Of a DNA stretch of 64,000 nucleotides, positions 43,518 to 51,248 are shown one piece after another. This stretch comes from an uncultured cyanobacterium (GTDB lineage Bacteria; Cyanobacteriota; Cyanobacteriia; Cyanobacteriales; CAWUOF01), in assembly GCA_963744145.1 (NCBI GenBank), contig CAVUSO010000001.1, positions 1,024,001 to 1,088,000 on the forward strand, given 5' to 3'. Every line of letters starts with the position of its first letter. Within the stretch, counting starts at the first letter, position 1. A program made the translations under genes and the position numbers. The notes below the pieces were generated by a model that saw only the letters and a list, made by a program, of their open reading frames with translations, was not told the origin of the DNA and made no database searches.

Positions 43518-45014
43518 TTAACCTAATATTATTTTATCATTCACTCCTCGGCATAAAAATTCTCGTACCCTAGCAATAACTTCTGCTTCAGTGCAACGAC
43601 TAGGACGGTAAAATATTGAAATAATAGGATCTTGCAATGTATTGGTACTCTCCATATTTTTGAAATTTAATTCTGATTGATTAGCCTCTTTCTTGGTTAT
43701 TAGTGCTTTCACTGTTTCACCCGGAAGTTTATGCAACCAGACTCCTACCTCTGGATCATAAGTCTCTTCACCACATAGCCATTCAAACATTTTATCTAGT
43801 AAATAAGCATTCATCCGCTTGATGGTAAAGTCACCCCTAGCTTGCAATTGGTAGGGATAAAGACCAAACGTAATAATTTTTAAATCTTTGCCTTTTTCAC
43901 CATAGCTTTTTTCTAAATCACGATCTTTATCCTCTTTCAAATCCTTCAAATACTTGGCAACGGCAAATTGATTTTCTATTTTGGTTTCTGTTTTGGTTCC
44001 TATTTTGGGTTCTATTTTTGTTTCTATTTTGGGTAACTTTTTTTTGAGCTTACCCCATTGTATGCTTAAGTTTTCCAAGGAGCGAGAGCGATCGCTCACT
44101 CCACATATATCAGGCAAAACTTTCATGTATAGTTTCTTATACTCATTATCATGTTTCAGCAAATCATCATTATTCTCAATGAGTTCGTTAATATGAATCA
44201 GAATAAGATGCCTGCCGATCGCCCGACACTGAGGCATACTAGAATTAGTCAATAACCAGCGTACTTCTGTGAGTTTATTTAATTGCTTATCTTCACATTT
44301 TTGCTCGATCCAATCTCGTTTATCCGTAGTATCTGGCAGTTGGGTAGTTGTGCCTTGAATCATATCTGATAGAATGCGTTTAAAGTTGATCAGAATTTCT
44401 TTATACTCGGAGTCAAACACAAGCTTTTGCATACCGTCTTTGACAAAATTAGTGCTGACTAACTCAAGCAATTGCTCATTCATACAAGGTGAGAGCATCT
44501 TGGTGTCTTTACCAATTTTGACATCAACAATGCAATGAGTACAACCGATCGCGATCCGTTTAGATAGAATAGAAGCATAAACAAACGGAAAATTAGTCAT
44601 CAGGTTCGTAGCACGACGAGCATCCATCAACACTTTATCAACGGGTGCTAAAGCGTCTGTTGGCTGACAAATTACGCCTTGTTCTTTTTTACATTCCTGC
44701 ACGATCGCTTCTGCATCGGTAGGAAAAGATAAACCACCACTTTCTAAAATATCCACTGTGCCACAGCTACCACCTTTAGAGGGAAGCTTGGTAACGTACA
44801 TCTTTTTATCTCCCTTTTTGTTATTTTCGCTTGCAGCTACCATCAGCCAGAGATAGCCAAAAATAGGAGTGATATTGGCAACGCATCCTGTTGATGCTAC
44901 ATCCCATCGCTGGGCAATATTTTCGCTTTCCCAAAGTTTTGACAATTGATCAGCTAGTCCCGATCGAGCCATTTCTTTAGTAAATTCATTGAGATTGAGT
45001 TTAATTTCGCTCAT
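43518..45014 (-). CDS. Divergent thymidine/pyrimidine-nucleoside/AMP phosphorylase (NP-II fold)
   Basis: TKEMARSG, DVASTGCV, GTVDILES, LAPVDK...RRAT, ASILSKR, VDVKIG and C-terminal DPEVGVWLHKLPGETVK...DPI match DeoA/Pdp motifs in order. Confidence 0.8.
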   Translation of the reverse strand: MSEIKLNLNEFTKEMARSGLADQLSKLWESENIAQRWDVASTGCVANITPIFGYLWLMVAASENNKKGDKKMYVTKLPSKGGSCGTVDILESGGLSFPTDAEAIVQECKKEQGVICQPTDALAPVDKVLMDARRATNLMTNFPFVYASILSKRIAIGCTHCIVDVKIGKDTKMLSPCMNEQLLELVSTNFVKDGMQKLVFDSEYKEILINFKRILSDMIQGTTTQLPDTTDKRDWIEQKCEDKQLNKLTEVRWLLTNSSMPQCRAIGRHLILIHINELIENNDDLLKHDNEYKKLYMKVLPDICGVSDRSRSLENLSIQWGKLKKKLPKIETKIEPKIGTKTETKIENQFAVAKYLKDLKEDKDRDLEKSYGEKGKDLKIITFGLYPYQLQARGDFTIKRMNAYLLDKMFEWLCGEETYDPEVGVWLHKLPGETVKALITKKEANQSELNFKNMESTNTLQDPIISIFYRPSRCTEAEVIARVREFLCRGVNDKIILG

Positions 45015-47782
45015 TTTTTTTCTTCCTGATGTTGAATAATTTTGTCTGGATGGTTTTGCAGTTGGATTAAAATACCGTCAACTTCTGGACGCAGATTTGT
45101 TCCCCGTGCCCCAAGGATAATCTTGTCAAAAACGTCCTTATATGCTTCTTCAGTTTTTGACTGATCGGGAACTTTGGGCATAACTTTTTCCAAATGCCAT
45201 GCTGAAGCTAGAAAAGCAAAAATCGAAGCCCAAGGATCGATATCTGGAAACTTGGAGGAATTGAGGCAATAGGCAGACAGCGCCCATCGGAGTTCTACCA
45301 TATCTAGCTTGCAGGTTTTGAGAGCAAATCGGCGGATCGTCGCGATCGCTTTGAGGGCGTTCCCGATCGGCAAAATCAATGCTTGAGACGCGGCGAGATC
45401 GGGCTTGATTAACTGAGCCACAAAAAATTCTGCACCATTTCCCTCAAATTCCACTGCCCGAAGCGCTAAATCAAGCAGGTGATAATGAAGCTTGTCTTGG
45501 CTACCTTGCGGCAATAGATTAGCCAGATTGACCAAAGAGGGAGTCAAGTGATGATTCCAGATTTCTACTTCCAGTTTGGCGAAGTCATAAGCCACCATGC
45601 CCCGATCCTGCGATCGCTCGAAGTCAATTAACCAACCCACCTGTTCCTGTTCGCTACCAAAGAGTATATTTTGCAGGTTAAAGTCGCCGTGAATAGTTCC
45701 TATATGAGCAGATAGGGTGTAGTGATAGGGAATTTTGGAGCGATCGCCAAAATAATCAAACGGGTTGGGCAATTTGTCTTTAATTCCTGGTAATTTTTCC
45801 AGCAGTTGATTAATTTCCTCACCCTTTGTTGAGAGGGCATCCTTTGTTAAAATGACCTTCTCTGCCAGGGCTACACTGAAAATCTTGTCTTGCATCTTCT
45901 TAACTTCTTGGCTGCGATCGTCCAGACACACCAGCACCTCCACCGGCATTCCCGGACGAATCCAAGTCGCACCAAACCGTTGACAAATATCTCTACCTCT
46001 GCCCCGCAGCTTGATGCGAACTCCCAGATCGGGATGGGCTAACATAACAGAACCTTCACCAAACTCCCCTTCTTGGGCGCTAACTTCTAACAACTGCCAG
46101 CCACAGAGCAAGATTTTCTCAGCATTTTGAAACTTTTGGCGATCGCCCCAAGAGGAAATATCTTCTTTGCCGGTTTTAATATCTTCTTTGTCGGTTTTCT
46201 TTTGCCTTTCCAGTTCAAACGATGCCAGAGTCCAAGCAGATTTTTCTTTGTACCCCTGAGCAATATAGGATTGCAGAGGCTTCACCTTACGCTCTTTGCC
46301 TTCGCCAGATAGATTAGCACTGTCGCTGGGGATCTCTAAATCGTCAGCAGAAACAAATTCTAAGGGAATCAGAACACCCGATAGAGGTGGTAGCGTGTTA
46401 CCTAGCCACTGCCACAAAGGAAGTTTTTCCGTTGAGAGTTGAGATTGGGCTATTCCAGAGTGAGAAAGGGGTTTGAGGACTTTTTCGAGGGTATTTTGAA
46501 TGCGACTGACGAGGAAATCTCCGCCTGTCGGTTGGTTGAGTTGTTGCTTCATCAAGTCATCCAGGGGACGCAAGCGCTGGTAGTCTTCTGGGAAACCAGC
46601 CAGAGAATACATCAGTGCGCCGGTGGGAATTTGCTCGCTGTTGCTGGGACTGACAACGGGTTTGCGGATGATGGCGGCGGCGTAGCTGTTGAGTCGGGGC
46701 TGGATCACTTGTTGATAAGCAAAATATTCTCTCTGGATGCTCAACCATGAACCAATTTTCATAAACCGGGTAGCCTGGTTTTTGGGCTTTAAGAAAAAAG
46801 TGGCTTGTGCGGCTGACTTGCCAGAGGTGAGCAGTTTGACGAGTTCGACTTCATCTCCACTAGGAAATAAGGTAGCAATCAGTGTCAAGAGGGAATCTCC
46901 CTTCGGGCTTTTATCCAGAGGTGGGGTCAAGCCAAGTTGTTTGAAGAATTTTTTGCCAAGGGGAGTGCTGATGTCAATTTTGAACTGGTTAGTAAAGGGA
47001 TTATCTTGATATGCGCTGTATAAGGTTTTAGCCGTTTCTTCTAAGTGATGTTCCAAACTGAGGTAGTGGAGAGGCTCGATCTGTTTTTCAACTTCATTAG
47101 CATTCTGTTGGGTAGAGCTATCATTATCATCTCTATGATGGGTTTGGTTTTTGTAGAAGCACCAAGATGCTCCATAGGATAAGCCTTTCTCTAGGTATTT
47201 GAGTTCTTTAATACCTGTAAATAAGAAAGAGGGAATTTCTGGATATTTCTGAGAAAGAATGTGGATGGCACGGTATCCCATGATTTTCCATTTTTCCTCT
47301 TCCTCTTCCTTTGGAATAAAATCAGTCAGGGTGGGTTTCCACTCAAAATCGACTATAAATGCCGCAATATGAGGGCGATCGCGTTCTACCTGGTCAAAGG
47401 TTATTGTAGAGGCAATTAATTCGTAACTAGGCTCTGTATTATTGCTAGGAATCCAAAGCGGTGGTGCTTTGACATCAAAGACTAATGATAAGCTGTTTAG
47501 GTTTAGACAAAATCCTTTTAAAATCTCTTCCAGATCACTATCACGATCATCACACTTGATTTTTTTGAGACAGTAATATTTGCCAATTTTTTTATCATCT
47601 GTCTTAAAATCTCGGACTATATATATATTTTTTTCGATGTCGAAAGTAACGTAGTTATTATAGTCGTCAAAAACATAAATAACTGGTTTGAGACCACCCA
47701 GGGTAATATAAAAGCTCCGGTATAGGCTCTTTTGGATAGCTTTGATATCATCTGGAATTAAATGGGACAATAGCGATGTCAT
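45011..47782 (-). CDS. Receiver domain + APH/TCAD9-like phosphotransferase (kinase)
   Basis: REC: VIYVFDD, AFIVDFEW, PSFLFTG, GASWCFYK. Kinase: TSGKSAA, FMKIG...REY..Y, HGDFNLQNIL, WLIDFE, YDFAKLE. Confidence 0.8.
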   Translation of the reverse strand: MTSLLSHLIPDDIKAIQKSLYRSFYITLGGLKPVIYVFDDYNNYVTFDIEKNIYIVRDFKTDDKKIGKYYCLKKIKCDDRDSDLEEILKGFCLNLNSLSLVFDVKAPPLWIPSNNTEPSYELIASTITFDQVERDRPHIAAFIVDFEWKPTLTDFIPKEEEEEKWKIMGYRAIHILSQKYPEIPSFLFTGIKELKYLEKGLSYGASWCFYKNQTHHRDDNDSSTQQNANEVEKQIEPLHYLSLEHHLEETAKTLYSAYQDNPFTNQFKIDISTPLGKKFFKQLGLTPPLDKSPKGDSLLTLIATLFPSGDEVELVKLLTSGKSAAQATFFLKPKNQATRFMKIGSWLSIQREYFAYQQVIQPRLNSYAAAIIRKPVVSPSNSEQIPTGALMYSLAGFPEDYQRLRPLDDLMKQQLNQPTGGDFLVSRIQNTLEKVLKPLSHSGIAQSQLSTEKLPLWQWLGNTLPPLSGVLIPLEFVSADDLEIPSDSANLSGEGKERKVKPLQSYIAQGYKEKSAWTLASFELERQKKTDKEDIKTGKEDISSWGDRQKFQNAEKILLCGWQLLEVSAQEGEFGEGSVMLAHPDLGVRIKLRGRGRDICQRFGATWIRPGMPVEVLVCLDDRSQEVKKMQDKIFSVALAEKVILTKDALSTKGEEINQLLEKLPGIKDKLPNPFDYFGDRSKIPYHYTLSAHIGTIHGDFNLQNILFGSEQEQVGWLIDFERSQDRGMVAYDFAKLEVEIWNHHLTPSLVNLANLLPQGSQDKLHYHLLDLALRAVEFEGNGAEFFVAQLIKPDLAASQALILPIGNALKAIATIRRFALKTCKLDMVELRWALSAYCLNSSKFPDIDPWASIFAFLASAWHLEKVMPKVPDQSKTEEAYKDVFDKIILGARGTNLRPEVDGILIQLQNHPDKIIQHQEEKK

Positions 47783-47801
47783 GTTGATAAATTCACCTTA
47801 A

Positions 47802-48374
47802 TCAAAACTTATCTTTATTTTCGTGCAAGTATTTAAATGTATCAAACATTAGTTGTTTTTCTTCTTTTCTGTTTGTTTTACCACTAATTGTTAAATCTTC
47901 AAATTGTTTCCAATTAAAATCAGGATCGGTTGGATTTCTTGAACAACACATATCAGGCTTTTCATTAGGTTTATCTCCAGTTGCATAAGCAATGACATCT
48001 TCAATATCATGAATAGTTACTTCAAATTCATCTAGCTCAGTTTTGCGAAAGATTCGCTCTCCCAAATCCCTTCTTTCTGGTTTTCCCGGGCTGGCAAACC
48101 AAAATATTTTGTCAGCTTGAATTTTACTATCTGTCCATATTTCTTCATTACTAGAGTGAATAAATACCACTAACATTTTCGGTAATTGTTTTATTTCATT
48201 CTCATCCAGATTCCCTTCAGTTTTAGGTTTATGTTTCTTGATTTTACCTATATCTGAAACCACATAAACTTCAGTAAATTTACTAGGCAAAATAATTTCA
48301 CTCCATTTCTTCCATCTGTCGATAACGCTATCAACCAAGCAGAATGTTAGTATATTTGTGTTTGCCGATGTCAT
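47802..48374 (-). CDS. Hypothetical alpha/beta protein, possibly a degenerate stand-alone receiver domain
   Basis: FCLVDS..R, LVVFIHSS, IFWFASPG strand pattern; AGGAG RBS; in operon. Confidence 0.5.
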   Translation of the reverse strand: MTSANTNILTFCLVDSVIDRWKKWSEIILPSKFTEVYVVSDIGKIKKHKPKTEGNLDENEIKQLPKMLVVFIHSSNEEIWTDSKIQADKIFWFASPGKPERRDLGERIFRKTELDEFEVTIHDIEDVIAYATGDKPNEKPDMCCSRNPTDPDFNWKQFEDLTISGKTNRKEEKQLMFDTFKYLHENKDKF

Positions 48375-48391
48375 AAGTCAATTTTCTCCTT

Positions 48392-50026
48392 TTACTTTTC
48401 TTTTTCATTAATAAAAGAAATAGCAACTAATCTAAGTGTATCCTCTTCCATGTAAATTGAACTAGGGCTAAAAAAACCTTTGTCGCTAATCAACAAATTC
48501 ATCCACAAGCTTATTATTGCTTCTCTTGTATTACCAACAGGTTTAGGAGTATAAATATTTTTCGCCAGAGCGGATACTTTTTTAGCTAAACTTTCCGTTT
48601 CTCTTGGGGCAGGCTCATCAGCAGGCCATTTAAAGACAATGTTTAATGCAGTTCCCTTGTACTGGAAGAACGCTTTGCTTACCATAGATGTTTCTGCTGA
48701 ATCCCGTTGCTGAAATAAATGAAAAAACAATTGACATAAAGCGATCGCTGATGACTGAGCTGTGTCTACATCTTGCCGATGAAATAAAGGTGATTTTGCT
48801 GCACTGAGATCTTGCCAGTCAACCCTTTGAGTCAGAAATTGTATATCCATATCTTTCCAAGCTAGACGGTGTGCCATAAGTGCTAATAAATAAGCTGCTC
48901 CAACTGAAATATGGCGACTTCTTTTAGGATTATCTTGGCCTAAAAAATAACTACCACAAAGATGCTTAAGGGATTCATGTAAGTTCTTAACAGAATTTTC
49001 ATTCCACCAATGCTCAGGAAAAGTAAATCCAAGAGCTTTTTGAATTTCTTCTTTATATTTATCAACCTCATATTTAATGTCAGCGTTAGTCTGACTTTCT
49101 TGAAAATGTTTAGCGATTTTTTGAGATTCATGTTCCAATATAAAGTCTTTCTTAACATCCGATGCTGAAAACCAGTTAGCTGTTGAATTCCATAGTTGTT
49201 TCAGTGTTATTTCTATAGAACTAGAATATGAGTAGATTGAATCAGGAACACCTCCATTTTTTGTAAGAATAATAGGATGATCACTATTTCTTACCATTGG
49301 GCGTTGAGGCTTATCAAAATTTTTTTCTACTATAAAATTTTCATCCGGTCTGTCTTCAATAAACTCTTTAAGTATATGGCTAGTAATCCAATCACGAGAC
49401 TTTGATAATTTAGGGTTAAGACCTTCGATAAGAGCTTTGACTAGGGGGCTACGATCATCTGCATCAGCATAGAGTGGCTCTTCTACGTTGGATGAGACAA
49501 TCCAGCAGCGATCGCGCCCTGGTTTATCTTCATCATCTTCAGGAAATTCCAATAGTTCTCCACTATGGCCACAAACTAGCCAAACAACTTGTTGGGGAAC
49601 AGGACTTTTTTTCAGCAATCCACGCAACCATTGGAGAGAAACGCCCCACGCTGGCTTACCTTTGCTATTTTCGCTTTTAGTATCGCTAGTTGCTAGAAAT
49701 CCTTCAAAGTTACCTGACTGGTTTGTTCGGCGAAGACCGATTCCGGTAAAAAATAGCAGGGCTGTATCAGGTATACTTTCTTTGGCTGCGAATAAATCTG
49801 TAATGGCAGTTACCAAATCTTTTTGCCTTACCAATCCATTAGGATCGAATTGCCATTCATCGAGTCCAAACGGCAGTCGCTTGACTTCAAAGCCGCCATA
49901 TATTTCCAAGAGACGGGCGATCGCTTCTGCATCTCTAACAGGCGTAGTTAATTTCGGAGTAAGGCCATCCTTATCCTTGAGCTGGGGATACTTATTTATA
50001 CCGACAACTAATGCTTGTCTCCTCAT
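48392..50026 (-). CDS. Inactive caspase-like domain fused to an unknown C-terminal domain
   Basis: RQALVVGINKY, DAEAIA; dyad degenerate (FTGIG for FAGHG; LVCGHSG for LDCCHSG). Start ATG 50026 or 50041. Confidence 0.8.
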   Translation of the reverse strand: MRRQALVVGINKYPQLKDKDGLTPKLTTPVRDAEAIARLLEIYGGFEVKRLPFGLDEWQFDPNGLVRQKDLVTAITDLFAAKESIPDTALLFFTGIGLRRTNQSGNFEGFLATSDTKSENSKGKPAWGVSLQWLRGLLKKSPVPQQVVWLVCGHSGELLEFPEDDEDKPGRDRCWIVSSNVEEPLYADADDRSPLVKALIEGLNPKLSKSRDWITSHILKEFIEDRPDENFIVEKNFDKPQRPMVRNSDHPIILTKNGGVPDSIYSYSSSIEITLKQLWNSTANWFSASDVKKDFILEHESQKIAKHFQESQTNADIKYEVDKYKEEIQKALGFTFPEHWWNENSVKNLHESLKHLCGSYFLGQDNPKRSRHISVGAAYLLALMAHRLAWKDMDIQFLTQRVDWQDLSAAKSPLFHRQDVDTAQSSAIALCQLFFHLFQQRDSAETSMVSKAFFQYKGTALNIVFKWPADEPAPRETESLAKKVSALAKNIYTPKPVGNTREAIISLWMNLLISDKGFFSPSSIYMEEDTLRLVAISFINEKEK

Positions 50027-50082
50027 GTCTGCTACATCCATTACAATTACAATTGGTATGGTATCTCAACATTAACACGATT

Positions 50083-50568
50083 ATGTCTCATTATGAATCT
50101 GAAGCCTATCCATCTGCTACATCGACTCCTGCTGCCACCAGTACACTATTAGCTCTGTTACTGGCTCTGAAAAACCTAGAATCCCATCTCAACAAAAATG
50201 AACTAGCACAACTCTATGAAATAGGCGAACAACTAAAACTTGACCCAGATGATTGGGAGTTTATCTATGATGGGTTAAAAAGCATTGTTGAAAGCAACAC
50301 TTCTCTCAAGGAAGCTTTTCAATCTGCATACGCTCGCGTCCTAGATGACGATGAGAGTGTTATTAGGAAAGATGTGATCTCTTCATTGGAGATTCGCGGT
50401 TATGTCGATAATGAACAAGATTTGGTCAGTAGAGCAGTTATTTATATTACAACTAGGTTACTTAAAAGTGACGATCTGCAAACCACAGCCAGAAACCTAA
50501 ACCTACCTTTTTCGATTACGGATACGGATAGGGACTTCAGAACAATCTCCATAATAGAACGTAGATAA
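50083..50568 (+). CDS. Small hypothetical protein, paralogue A
   Basis: TLLALLLALKNLE...EIGEQLKLDPDDWEFI, shared with 50759-51199; in-frame ATG at 50083. Confidence 0.75.
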   Translation: MSHYESEAYPSATSTPAATSTLLALLLALKNLESHLNKNELAQLYEIGEQLKLDPDDWEFIYDGLKSIVESNTSLKEAFQSAYARVLDDDESVIRKDVISSLEIRGYVDNEQDLVSRAVIYITTRLLKSDDLQTTARNLNLPFSITDTDRDFRTISIIERR

Positions 50569-50574
50569 GGAGAA

Positions 50575-50693
50575 TCGGCTGATTCAGCATCCTGTACCGC
50601 ACTCATTAAATGTTGAGCCTCACTCATCGGCGTTTTCTTAAAAAGGTAGCAATTGATACCAACCACTAATGCTTGTCGCTTTATCTCACCCAT
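50575..50693 (-). pseudogene. Truncated caspase N-terminus
   Basis: MGEIKRQALVVGINCY...HLMSAVQDAE, after which homology stops. Confidence 0.8.
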
Positions 50694-50758
50694 ATCGACT
50701 TATATCATCCATATAGACTAAAATTGACCTAACTCATTTATGATACCACCATTAGTTT

Positions 50759-51199
50759 ATGGACACAATCTTTCGCGACAAAACATTGCTAGCCCTCTTA
50801 TTAGCTTTGAGAAACCTGGAAGACCCACTTAGCCAATTTCAACAGGCCCAGCTACATGAGGTAGGTGAACAACTAAAGCTTGACCCAGATGATTGGGAGT
50901 TTATTGAAGAGGGGTTGCTGGCTGTTGTTACTAGCAATACATTGCTCAATAAAGAGTTTGAAACTGCCAAAGCTAAATTAGATTCTGTGGATAATATCCA
51001 AGAACTCCTACCTACTGACAACGATATAGATGAGAAGATTTTTCTCAAGATAGAGAGACGTGGGAATAACACCGAACAAGAGGAAAATAGGCCACCGATT
51101 GTAAAAATAACTTGTAAGTTTTTAAAAGATGATGATCTAGCCAAAATAATCAAAAAATCAAGTTGGATTGAGCGAGTTTTGAACAGCCTAAATTATTAA
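50759..51199 (+). CDS. Small hypothetical protein, paralogue B
   Basis: TLLALLLALRNLE...EVGEQLKLDPDDWEFI. Confidence 0.8.
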   Translation: MDTIFRDKTLLALLLALRNLEDPLSQFQQAQLHEVGEQLKLDPDDWEFIEEGLLAVVTSNTLLNKEFETAKAKLDSVDNIQELLPTDNDIDEKIFLKIERRGNNTEQEENRPPIVKITCKFLKDDDLAKIIKKSSWIERVLNSLNY

Positions 51200-51248
51200 T
51201 CATCAAAAAATCAAGTTGTCGGGGTGGTAGTTATACCAGGTAAAACCT

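Noticed and set aside
49488-50075. 195-aa plus-strand ORF and other short antisense ORFs (e.g. 314-607, 34467-34850, 46439-46750, 62915-63253)
   Set aside because: They are shadows of well-supported opposite-strand genes and have no motifs.
50011-50082. ORF-track N-terminal extension of paralogue A
   Set aside because: It overlaps the divergent caspase start and has no counterpart in paralogue B; ATG 50083 is more plausible.
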